Of a DNA stretch of 64,000 nt, positions 19,719 through 28,804 are shown piece after piece. The stretch's first letter is position 1. Each line of letters opens with the position of its first letter. A program made the position numbers and the translations under genes. Origin of the DNA: an uncultured Gemmatimonadales bacterium (lineage in GTDB: Bacteria; Gemmatimonadota; Gemmatimonadetes; Gemmatimonadales; GWC2-71-9); assembly GCA_963695555.1 (NCBI GenBank), contig CAVOGR010000001.1:928001-992000 (forward strand). Direction: 5' to 3'. The notes under the pieces were generated by a model. It searched no databases, was not told where the DNA came from, and saw only the letters and a program-made list of their open reading frames with translations.

Positions 19719-20741
19719 ATGTCTATGCGCCCAAGCAGCGCGTGCCTGCTGCAATCGACTGTTAGACTGCACGACATCGTGTTCCCGGCGGCCGGTTACC
19801 TGCTCCGGCGCACCCGTCTCGCATTTGTCGACCTGAACAATCTCATCGCATTTGCGACGCGGAGCCGGGACGGGAAGGTCGATGCCTACTTCGCCGGCTA
19901 CCTGCCGGAGGAAGTGGTGCTGCTCTTCTTTCGGGAGGGGAAACTGGTGAACGCCGCCACACTGGGACCAACAGTGCGGGGCATCATCCCGATCGATGAG
20001 TCGCTCCGGCGGCTCAAAGCGGAAGCGGAGCGGGGCGAGGGAGTCTACGCCACGGCGGAGGCCAGCCAACTTGCGATGATGTACGGCGCGTCGCTCGAGT
20101 CGGCCACGCTCCGCTTCGTGAACCCGCCGGACCCTGCCGCGCTGTTCCCATCCCTCATGGAAGAGCGGTTCTCCGGGACTCTCGAATTCATCTCGAACGG
20201 ACGCGTGAATTACTTGCAGTTCGACGACGGTGGGTTCGGTGGCGGGTTTCTCTGCGACCGCGCCGCGGATGTCTCCGTACCGTCGTACCTGGAGAGCCTA
20301 TTCGCGCCGCTCACTGGTGGTGCCTCACCGGCAATCGCCGGGACCACCCTGCATCCGCCGCCGGCGGTTCCGATCCAGGCACTCCCCTCGCAGATTCGGA
20401 TGTATCGCGAGGTGGTGGAACGTCTGGTCCACGCCGTCGGCGAGGAGGTGCAGGATGACGCGTCGACCCGCGCCCAACGCGCCTTCGATGATGTCGTCGC
20501 CCTCCACCCGGAAGCGACCTATCTCCGTCTCGAAGCATCGGACGATGCGGGGTCCCTCGCGATCGAGGCCGATGCCCTGACCCGGGCACTCGCCGCCTGG
20601 TCCAACGAGCTCCTGAACGGAGTCGAGATCGTCTCGCCGGAGGCGGCGCCCGGCCTCCTCAGCAAAGCAACCCGCGATCATCGTCACGTGCTTCGCGCCG
20701 CCGGTTTCTTCGATACCATCCCGTGGACGCTGGAACCGTAG
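19719..20741 (+). CDS. Hypothetical protein (start uncertain)
   Basis: 340-aa ORF with typical codon bias filling the trxA-rsmI gap. Confidence 0.7.
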   Translation: MSMRPSSACLLQSTVRLHDIVFPAAGYLLRRTRLAFVDLNNLIAFATRSRDGKVDAYFAGYLPEEVVLLFFREGKLVNAATLGPTVRGIIPIDESLRRLKAEAERGEGVYATAEASQLAMMYGASLESATLRFVNPPDPAALFPSLMEERFSGTLEFISNGRVNYLQFDDGGFGGGFLCDRAADVSVPSYLESLFAPLTGGASPAIAGTTLHPPPAVPIQALPSQIRMYREVVERLVHAVGEEVQDDASTRAQRAFDDVVALHPEATYLRLEASDDAGSLAIEADALTRALAAWSNELLNGVEIVSPEAAPGLLSKATRDHRHVLRAAGFFDTIPWTLEP

Positions 20742-21577
20742 CCGCGTCCGGGACCCTCTACGTCGTCGCGACACCCCTCGGGCATCTCGGAGACCTCACC
20801 GCTCGGGCCCGGGAGGTGCTCTGCGCGGTCCCGATCGTGGCGGCCGAGGACACCCGCCACACACGGAAGCTCCTGACTCATATTGGGGCCACGCCCCGGC
20901 TGCTGAGCTTCCACGCGCACTCCCCCCCGACGCGGGTCGGCCAAATCCTCGAGGCGCTCAGAGCCGGATCGGACATCGCGGTGGTGTCGGATGCCGGCAC
21001 ACCGGGAATCAGTGATCCCGGGGCATCGCTGGTCCGGACGGTGCGGAATGCCGGCCTCCCCGTCGTCCCCATTCCTGGAGCGTCAGCCGTTGCGGCCGCT
21101 CTCTCGACTGCCGGCCTGCCGGCCGACCGGTTCCTGTTCTTGGGATTTCTGCCGCGAAAGGGTGCCGAACGGCGCCGGTTGATCGAGCGTGCGACCACCG
21201 AAGAGTGGACCACGGTCATCTTCGAGGCTCCTCCGCGGCTCTCGGCGCTCCTGACGGAGCTGGCCGCCGTGGCGGAGCCCGACCGTCGGGCCGTGGTCTG
21301 CCGAGAGCTGACCAAGGTGCACGAGGAGATACGGGAAGGGAGTCTCGCAGAGCTGGCAGACCACTATGCTGCGACACCGCCTCGTGGAGAGATCACGGTC
21401 CTCCTCGATGGGACGGGGAAGGAGCGGAAACCACCGCTGGATTTCGATGCCCTGCGATCCGAGGCTCAGGCACTGCTCGGCGAAGGCCTGAGTCGGCGTT
21501 CGGTGGTGGGCCGCTTGACCGAATCCAGCGGCGCGCCGCGTAATGAGATCTATCGTCTGGTCATGGAGTTGCGATGA
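20723..21577 (+). CDS. rsmI: 16S rRNA (C1402-2'-O)-methyltransferase
   Basis: LYVVATPLG, AEDTR, SDAGTPGISDPG, RELTKVHEE. Confidence 0.96.
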   Translation: MDAGTVAASGTLYVVATPLGHLGDLTARAREVLCAVPIVAAEDTRHTRKLLTHIGATPRLLSFHAHSPPTRVGQILEALRAGSDIAVVSDAGTPGISDPGASLVRTVRNAGLPVVPIPGASAVAAALSTAGLPADRFLFLGFLPRKGAERRRLIERATTEEWTTVIFEAPPRLSALLTELAAVAEPDRRAVVCRELTKVHEEIREGSLAELADHYAATPPRGEITVLLDGTGKERKPPLDFDALRSEAQALLGEGLSRRSVVGRLTESSGAPRNEIYRLVMELR

Positions 21578-22263
21578 TCACCTTCGTCCGGGCTGCCGTA
21601 TTCGGACTTGTTGCTATGGCGAGCGGGCCGTGGAGCGGGGCGATATCAGGCCGGGCCCCCGGGTCGGAGATGACCATCGGGCGGCTTCACTATGAAGGAG
21701 GGGGAGACTGGTACGCCAACCCGTCGAGCCTTCCCAATTTGCTTCAGGCCATTCGATCCGGCACGCGGCTTCGCGTCGCCGAACGGGAGAAGGTCGTTAC
21801 CCTCGACGACGATGACCTGTGGACCGTGCCGTACTTGTACATGACCGGCCATGGCAACGTGCGGCTGAGCGACGCCCAGTTGCGCACGCTCGGGCGGTAC
21901 CTCGAGCAAGGTGGCTTTCTCCACGCCGACGATAACTACGGGATGGATGCCTCCCTTCGTCGCGAACTTATCCGGCTGTACCCGAATCTCGAGCTGGTGG
22001 AGGTGCCGCTCGAGCATCCGATTTATCACGTGGTCTATCAGTTTCCCGAAGGCCTTCCCAAGGTGCACGAGCACGACGGCAAGCCGGCTCAAGGACTCGG
22101 CCTGTTCATCGACGGCCGCCTCGCGGTGTTCTACAGCTATCAGTCGGATCTCGGCGACGGATGGGAAGATCCCGATGTCCACCGTGACCCGCCGGAAGTC
22201 CGGGAGGCGGCGCTCCGCATGGGCGTGAACTTGTTCGCGTACGCCGTGGCATCCGCCGAATGA
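21574..22263 (+). CDS. DUF4159-family protein
   Basis: YEGGGDWYANP, YMTGHG, GGFLHADDNYG, DLGDGWED, MGVN. Confidence 0.88.
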   Translation: MITFVRAAVFGLVAMASGPWSGAISGRAPGSEMTIGRLHYEGGGDWYANPSSLPNLLQAIRSGTRLRVAEREKVVTLDDDDLWTVPYLYMTGHGNVRLSDAQLRTLGRYLEQGGFLHADDNYGMDASLRRELIRLYPNLELVEVPLEHPIYHVVYQFPEGLPKVHEHDGKPAQGLGLFIDGRLAVFYSYQSDLGDGWEDPDVHRDPPEVREAALRMGVNLFAYAVASAE

Positions 22264-25200
22264 AACAGTCCACGACGGCGGCGACCCTCCATCGGCTGAT
22301 CTTCCCGATCCAAGCCCTCGAAGGTGCGGCGTGGCTGGTCCGCTTGTGTGGCAGCATGCTCGTCGTCCTGGGTCTCGCGGCGTGGCTGGCTCGGCTTGGC
22401 TGGTTCGATCCACCGTACTGGGTGCTGGTCGGATGGGCTGTCGCCCTCCTGGCCGTGCTTGGGGCGGTCGTGCGCGGCTGGCGCCACCGTGGCCGGCTGG
22501 CGCTCGAAGCGATTGCCCGAGTGCTCGAGGAAAACGGGGTGTCGCGTCGAGGGGGACTCACGGGTCTCCTGGTCCCTCCGGTCGATGGAACCAGTGGCGA
22601 CCTGTACCGGCTGGCCGATCGCAATCGCGCCAGGCAGCTCGCCGAGAGCGGGCGAGGCGAAGTCGCCCCGATGGCGCAGGCGGCCCGAGGCAGAGCCGCC
22701 GCCGCCGGTGCGCTATTCCTCTTCGGTGTGCTGTTGGTTGCCTCCGCCGGTCCGGTTCGCGGAGCAGCCGCGCAACTCTGGCGCCCGAAGGCGGCCTGGG
22801 ATCGGACGACGGCTCAGGTGACGCTCCAGGCATCGGACACGATCGTGGACCGTGGCCACTCCGTCGACCTCGCGCTTGCGGCCGTGGGACGCCGGAGCGC
22901 GGCTCTGTGGACCCGGTCGCCGGGCGAGGCGTGGCGGAGCGAATCGGTGGCCTTGGATGAAGCAGGGAACGCCACTCGGGCCACTGGGCCCTTGGCGAGC
23001 GATCTCCACGCGCGGCTCGTGAGCGGCACGCGAAGTTCGGAAACGATCACGGTCCGCGTCAGGTTGCCCGCGTTCCTCGGCGCGCTGTCCGTGGTGGCCC
23101 GGTATCCGCCCTACCTGGGCTTGGCTGATGAGCCGCTCCCCACGGGAGGCGACACGCTGCTTCTGCCGGCCGGAACCGTGTTGGCGACGTCGGGAGAGGC
23201 GACGACCATGCTCGCGGAGGCGAACTGGCTTGGCGCCACGACCTCGCATCCGCTGACCGTGACGGGGTCGACCTTCCAGGGGCAATTCGTACCGCGGAAC
23301 TCCGGGGTGTACCGTCTCGCGATTTACACCGCGGACGGTGGTAGCCTGGGTGGTGACATCCCTCGGCTTCCGATTCGCGTGGTGAGCGATAGCGCACCGA
23401 CGGTCGACGTGCCCGTGCCCGGCAGGGACACCCTGCTGCCGAGCACGTTGCGCATACCGATCGTGGTCGATGCCCGTGACGACCATGGCCTTCGGGAGAT
23501 CCGGCTCACCAGTCGGCGGATTTCCCGACTGGGAGTGGTGAATGAGCCCCGCCTCGAGCGCGTACCCCTGCCCGACGGGCAACCCGACCGTGCAATCGTG
23601 TCCTACGATTTCAACTTGAGCGCCCGGAGCCTCCTGCCCGGCGATTCGGTACGGTACCTGGTCGAGGTCGTGGACAATGCGCCGCGCCCCAACATCGGCC
23701 GGTCGCGGGAGTATCGCCTTCGGCTTCCGACGCTCAGGGAAATACGGGCCCGGACCCGCGAGGCAACCGCGGAATTGGAACAGCGGTTGGATTCGCTCGC
23801 GAAGGCAAGTCGGCGCATCGAACGACGGACGGAAGATCTGAGCCGGGAACGGACACGCGGCGAACAGGGACGCACCGCAGGGCAGGAGGAGTCGCTGGCG
23901 TTCGAGGACGCGCAACGAGCCGAGGCGGCGGCCCAGGACCACGAAGCTCTCGTGCGCCAAGCTGAAGCAATGCGCGATGCCCTCGATGCGTTGCGAGAGA
24001 CCGCGGAGGCGGCAGGGCTCGACGATCCCGACTGGCAGGCTCGACTGGAGGAAATCCGGCAACAGCTCGATCGGGCCCTCTCGCCCGAGATCCGGCAAAA
24101 GCTGGCGGAACTGCAACAGGCACTCTTGGAGCTCAATGCCCAACGCACCCGCGAGGCGCTCGAGCGCTTGGCCGAGGCGCAACGGGAGTTGCGCGAGGTC
24201 CTGGAGCGAAGCCGCGACCTTTTCCGCCGCGCGGCGTTGGAGGGAGACCTCGTTAACCTCGAACAAGACGCCCGCGAGTTGGCCGCGCGGCAGGAGCAGT
24301 GGAACAGCGACGTGGCATCGGCCGACAGCACGCAGGCCGCCGCGGAGGAACGCGACCTGGCCGCGGAAACCGATTCACTCGCCAAGGTTTTGGAGCAGCT
24401 CGCCGATGCGCTCGAACGCGAAGGGCTGACCGACGCGAATGATCTTGTCCGGCAAGCGATGGAAGCCGCCCAACAGATGCTTGATGCCGCGCAGCAGGCA
24501 CAATCGGGCGACCGGCCGGCCGCCGAGCAGTCTGGGCGCCAGGCACTCCAGCAGCTCCAGCCGCTGGGAGATCGGATCGGTGCCGAACGGAGCGGGTTGC
24601 AGCAGCGGTGGCGGGAAGAGATCGCGGCGGCACTCGACCGCGGCCTCACCGAAGTGAGCCGTCTGACCGAGCGACAGCTCGAGTTGGAGCGCGCGATCAG
24701 GTCTGACGCACCTCCCGGCCGCGTGCTGGCCGACCAAGGGGCCATCGAAGAGGGCGTCGAGAACCTCATCCAGCAAATGCAGCGGGCTTCCGGCAAGAAT
24801 GCGCTGGTATCTCCTGGCATTGCCGGTGCGCTCGCTCAGGCCCAGCTCCAGATGCGCCGGGCCCGCGAGGGACTGGCATCCGCCATGCCCAATGTGCGCG
24901 ATGCAGCCGAGCAGGCCGGCCAGGCTGTCGACGCGCTCAATGCCGCTGCCTACCAGATGGTACGATCCCGGGGCGATGTCACCGGAGCGGGAACGGGCTC
25001 GGGCCTGGCGGAAGCGCTGGAGCGCCTGAGCGAGTTGGCCAAGCAACAAGGCCAATTGGGTGAACGGGCCGGGGGGCTGATCCCGCTGGCCGGCGGAGGA
25101 GTGTTGCGCGAGCAGTTGCGCCGCCTTGCGCAGGAGCAGCGTCAGCTTGCCGAAGAGCTCGAGCGCATTCGCGCGAGCGGCCAGCTGCCAAACAGCGGCG

Positions 25201-25535
25201 CCTTGGCGGAAGAGGCGCGAGACCTGGCCCGGCGGCTGGAGGCCGGTCGGCTCGACCAGCAGACAGTCGAGCGCCAGCAACGGCTGTTCCGACGGATGTT
25301 GGACGCCGGCCGCACGCTACAGGGGCGGGAACAGGACGAGCGGAAGGAACGCCAGAGCCGAACCGCGACGGGAGACAATATCCGGCTGCCGCCGGCGCTC
25401 AGGGCGCTGGTGAACAGCGGAGCGCGCGGGCCCGAGATTCCCTCCTGGGAAGAGCTGCAGCGATTCTCGCCCGAGGAACGGCGCCTGGTCGTTGAGTACT
25501 TCCGCCGGCTGGCCGAGCCGGCCGGGAGGCAATGA
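22260..25535 (+). CDS. Large membrane-anchored Ig-like/coiled-coil protein (DUF4175-like)
   Basis: N-terminal TMs, YPPYLG, DDHGL, long Q/E/R/A coiled coil, C-terminal VVEYFRRL. Confidence 0.8.
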   Translation: MKQSTTAATLHRLIFPIQALEGAAWLVRLCGSMLVVLGLAAWLARLGWFDPPYWVLVGWAVALLAVLGAVVRGWRHRGRLALEAIARVLEENGVSRRGGLTGLLVPPVDGTSGDLYRLADRNRARQLAESGRGEVAPMAQAARGRAAAAGALFLFGVLLVASAGPVRGAAAQLWRPKAAWDRTTAQVTLQASDTIVDRGHSVDLALAAVGRRSAALWTRSPGEAWRSESVALDEAGNATRATGPLASDLHARLVSGTRSSETITVRVRLPAFLGALSVVARYPPYLGLADEPLPTGGDTLLLPAGTVLATSGEATTMLAEANWLGATTSHPLTVTGSTFQGQFVPRNSGVYRLAIYTADGGSLGGDIPRLPIRVVSDSAPTVDVPVPGRDTLLPSTLRIPIVVDARDDHGLREIRLTSRRISRLGVVNEPRLERVPLPDGQPDRAIVSYDFNLSARSLLPGDSVRYLVEVVDNAPRPNIGRSREYRLRLPTLREIRARTREATAELEQRLDSLAKASRRIERRTEDLSRERTRGEQGRTAGQEESLAFEDAQRAEAAAQDHEALVRQAEAMRDALDALRETAEAAGLDDPDWQARLEEIRQQLDRALSPEIRQKLAELQQALLELNAQRTREALERLAEAQRELREVLERSRDLFRRAALEGDLVNLEQDARELAARQEQWNSDVASADSTQAAAEERDLAAETDSLAKVLEQLADALEREGLTDANDLVRQAMEAAQQMLDAAQQAQSGDRPAAEQSGRQALQQLQPLGDRIGAERSGLQQRWREEIAAALDRGLTEVSRLTERQLELERAIRSDAPPGRVLADQGAIEEGVENLIQQMQRASGKNALVSPGIAGALAQAQLQMRRAREGLASAMPNVRDAAEQAGQAVDALNAAAYQMVRSRGDVTGAGTGSGLAEALERLSELAKQQGQLGERAGGLIPLAGGGVLREQLRRLAQEQRQLAEELERIRASGQLPNSGALAEEARDLARRLEAGRLDQQTVERQQRLFRRMLDAGRTLQGREQDERKERQSRTATGDNIRLPPALRALVNSGARGPEIPSWEELQRFSPEERRLVVEYFRRLAEPAGRQ

Positions 25536-25538
25536 GGC

Positions 25539-27308
25539 ATGGCGCCGGTGTGGCGAAGCAGGGCCGGTGGACAGTCTGTGCCCCGGCATCTGGTTCTATC
25601 CGTTCTGCTCACCTCGAGCCTGGTCGGCACATTGCCGGCGCAAGAAGCCGCGGTGGCGCGCGCGTTCGAACTCGAACGCCGAGGAAAGTACGCCGAGGCG
25701 GCTGACGCCTATCGGCTCGTCCTCCTCACCCACGCTACCGACGTATCGGCCCTACTCGGCATGGAGCGGTCGCTCCTCCCGCTTGGCCGATCGGCGGACA
25801 TTCTACCGCCCGTTCGCGCCGCGCTCGCGCTCGACCCCACGCTCACCGTGGCGCATGGGATCGGCGTGCGGGCGTGGGCCGAGCTGGGGCAGCTCGACAG
25901 CCTGAAGGCCCTGGTCGAGCGATGGGTTCGGGTGGAGCCGGACGACGAGGCCCCGTACCGGGAGTGGGGCCGCGCGGCGCTTCTCCAGCGCGACCGTGGT
26001 GCGGCCCGGGCGGCGTATCGCCTTGGACGCGAGCGTTTGGGGCGTCCCACTGCCTTGGCGGCGGAGCTCGCTCAACTCGCGGTAATCGAGGGGAAGTACG
26101 GCGAGGCATCCCGTGAGTGGGTGCATGCCGTGGGGGATCTTCCCGGGTATCGAAGCGCGGCCCTGTCGGCGCTCGGCAAGGCCACCGCGAAGGCGCGCCC
26201 GGAAATCCTCCAAGCGCTGAACGCGGCGCGTGCACCTGTGGGGCGCGAGTTAGCTGCCAGCCTCCAAGCAGAGTGGGGCGAGCCGTTGGCGGGGCTCCAT
26301 CTTCTCGAACGGAACCTTCCTCGAGGTGCCGACGCCGAGGTTCAAGCCTACCAACAGTTCCTGGAGCAGATCCGGGGACAGCAAGGGGACGAAGCGAAAC
26401 AGGTTCGCGCCAGGATTCTCGAGGCCATAGCACAGCGGACCGCCGGCCCACAGAATGCCCGCCTTCGACTCGAGGCTGCCCGGTCGTTCGCCGAGAGCGG
26501 TGATGCCGCCGCCGCCCGCCGGATGCTGGCCGGACTGGCTGAGGACGAGGCGGCGCCACCGGACCTCGCGGCCGGTGCGACCCTCACGCTCATCAAGATC
26601 CTCGCAGCCGAAGGGAAGTTGGCAGAGGCGGAGCAGCGATTAGAGCGACATCAGGATGGCCTGAGCGGGGAAGACGTGGCGAACGCATGGCGCGACCTCG
26701 CTGTTCGATGGATTGATGCCGGCAACCTGGACCGCGCGGAGGCGGCCATCGCTCACGATCAGTCCGTGGAGGGACTCGCCGTCGCGGGGAAGGTACGCCT
26801 CTTTCGCGGCGACCTTCGCGGCGCGTTCGAGCGACTCCAGGCCGCGGGGCCATTTGCCGGCTCGCGCGAGGACGCGGCGGAGAGAACGGCGCTGCTCGCG
26901 CTCATCCAACCGATTCGAGCCGACAGCCTTCCAGCCTTGGGCCAAGGGCTGTCGGCCCTGGAGCGAGGGGATACGGTGACGGCGCTTCGGGCACTCTTGG
27001 CCGTAGCAGAGAGACTCCATCTTGGTGCTGGTGGGGCCGAGGTGTATCTGCTGGCTGGCCGCGTCGAGGCCGCACGTGGACGCACTGATCGGGCAGAGCG
27101 GCTCTTTCGGATGGCGGACAACGCCGATGCGCTGGCCACGGCTCCGGCCGCCGAACTCGAGTTGGCGCGTCTATTGGTCGGCCTCGAGCGGGTCGAGGAG
27201 GCGATCGAGCTCCTCGAACATCTCATCATCACCTATTCGGGTAGCGCCCTGGTGCCTCAAGCCCGGCGGCTGCTCGATGCGGTGCGTGGGGCGGTTCCGC
27301 GAACATGA
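25539..27308 (+). CDS. Exported tetratricopeptide-repeat protein
   Basis: Signal-like N-terminus, Ala/Leu helical repeats, C-terminal LIITYSGSALVPQARR. Confidence 0.78.
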   Translation: MAPVWRSRAGGQSVPRHLVLSVLLTSSLVGTLPAQEAAVARAFELERRGKYAEAADAYRLVLLTHATDVSALLGMERSLLPLGRSADILPPVRAALALDPTLTVAHGIGVRAWAELGQLDSLKALVERWVRVEPDDEAPYREWGRAALLQRDRGAARAAYRLGRERLGRPTALAAELAQLAVIEGKYGEASREWVHAVGDLPGYRSAALSALGKATAKARPEILQALNAARAPVGRELAASLQAEWGEPLAGLHLLERNLPRGADAEVQAYQQFLEQIRGQQGDEAKQVRARILEAIAQRTAGPQNARLRLEAARSFAESGDAAAARRMLAGLAEDEAAPPDLAAGATLTLIKILAAEGKLAEAEQRLERHQDGLSGEDVANAWRDLAVRWIDAGNLDRAEAAIAHDQSVEGLAVAGKVRLFRGDLRGAFERLQAAGPFAGSREDAAERTALLALIQPIRADSLPALGQGLSALERGDTVTALRALLAVAERLHLGAGGAEVYLLAGRVEAARGRTDRAERLFRMADNADALATAPAAELELARLLVGLERVEEAIELLEHLIITYSGSALVPQARRLLDAVRGAVPRT

Positions 27309-28597
27309 AGCGGCGCACCTTCCTTCATGGGACGGCCGCGGGTCTCGCCGTTCTCTCGCCGCTTGGGCGCGCCTTCGGCGTGCCGCCGCGCGAAGCCCCG
27401 TGGTGGCTGGTGCCAATGGATGACGCCCAAACGGACCATCTCAAGGCCTACGGTGTCGCGTTCCGGCTCCTCGAACGCGGGGGGCAGGGCGAGTGGTTCC
27501 TCAATTACCGTGGCGGCGCCTTCCTGGTTCCGGCCGACTCCGCCACCACGCGCGATGCGCAACTGGCCGGAGTCACGCTCGAGCCGCTCGCGGAGCGCGA
27601 ATTGTTGGACATTCGGGCGGCAATCGCCGAGGCCAACATGGACGCCGTCCCGCTCGAGAAGGCGCCGAAGGTGGCGGTGTACGCGCCACCCAACGCGCCG
27701 CCATGGGACGATGCGGTGACGATGGCGCTCCAATACGCCGGGATCACTTTCGAGAAGGTGTGGGACCAAGATGTGTTGAGCGATGCTATCCGTCGCTACG
27801 ATTGGCTGCATTTGCATCACGAAGATTTTACCGGCCAATACTCCAAGTTCTTTTTGAACTATGCCGGCACGGCATGGCTCGCGGACATGGTGGATCGCAA
27901 TCAACGGATGATGCGGCAGCTCGGGTTCCCGACCGTGCCGGCGCTCAAACGCGCGGTGGCCCAAGCGATCAGGGCGTACGTCGATCAGGGCGGATTCTTG
28001 TTTGCGATGTGCACGGCGACCGAAACCATCGACCTGGCCCTCGCCAGCGCCGACGTCGACATTGCGGCCAACTATGCCGACGGCAATCCGATGGACCCCA
28101 ATGCGTCGGCGAAGATGGACTGGACCCAGGCCTTGGCATTTCGGGATGCAAGACTGGTGCTGAGCCCGACGGTCTCACAGTTCTCGGACATCGACGGCCA
28201 CCAGGTCAACTCACCGGCGCTGCGGCAGCCGCTTGGTTCCTACACATTGTTCGGCTTCAGTGCGAAGATCGACCCGGTTGCCACCATGTTGGTCCAGAAC
28301 CATCGTCACGTGATTCCCGATTTCTACGGCCTGACGACCTCCTTCACGCGGCACACGCTCAAGCCGAGTCTGACCGTGCTTGCCGAGGAAGCAGGGACGC
28401 CGTGGGTCAAATACATTCACGGCGAGCAGGGGCAGGGCACGTGGACCTTCTTTGGGGGACATGACCCGGAAGACCCCCAACATCAGATCGGTGATGCACC
28501 AACCGATCTCTCGCTCCACCCGCATTCACCCGGCTATCGCCTGATCCTCAACAACGTCCTGTTCCCGGCAGCGAAGAAGCGCGAGTTGAAGACGTGA
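27305..28597 (+). CDS. Tat-exported protein of the FCB family often labelled 'asparagine synthetase B' (glutamine-amidotransferase-like; function unknown)
   Basis: KRRTFL Tat motif; HLKAYG, PWDDAV, WLHLHHEDFTGQY, FAMC, GGHDPED. Confidence 0.8.
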   Translation: MKRRTFLHGTAAGLAVLSPLGRAFGVPPREAPWWLVPMDDAQTDHLKAYGVAFRLLERGGQGEWFLNYRGGAFLVPADSATTRDAQLAGVTLEPLAERELLDIRAAIAEANMDAVPLEKAPKVAVYAPPNAPPWDDAVTMALQYAGITFEKVWDQDVLSDAIRRYDWLHLHHEDFTGQYSKFFLNYAGTAWLADMVDRNQRMMRQLGFPTVPALKRAVAQAIRAYVDQGGFLFAMCTATETIDLALASADVDIAANYADGNPMDPNASAKMDWTQALAFRDARLVLSPTVSQFSDIDGHQVNSPALRQPLGSYTLFGFSAKIDPVATMLVQNHRHVIPDFYGLTTSFTRHTLKPSLTVLAEEAGTPWVKYIHGEQGQGTWTFFGGHDPEDPQHQIGDAPTDLSLHPHSPGYRLILNNVLFPAAKKRELKT

Positions 28598-28622
28598 GGG
28601 CCGGCTGAACGCGGACCCAGAT

Positions 28623-28756
28623 GGGGAGGTGGGGAGCAGGGAGTAGGACTCCGTGCGTTGTCATTCCGAGCAGCGGGGTCCTCCTTACCTCGTACTCCTT
28701 ACTCCTCACTTCTTGACTCGTCACTCGCACTTCCCACTCCCTACTCCGACTCCCTT
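28623..28756. repeat. Degenerate heptamer tandem repeat (ACTCCnn) with a complementary G-rich arm
   Basis: About 10 units such as ACTCCTT/ACTCCTC/ACTCGTC/ACTCCCT at 28680-28756; GGGAGCA-GGGAGTA arm at 28623-28648. Confidence 0.75.
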
Positions 28757-28804
28757 AAGCAGTCGATAGCCTCCCAACCCGCCTCCCCCTTACTATTCCG
28801 GGCC

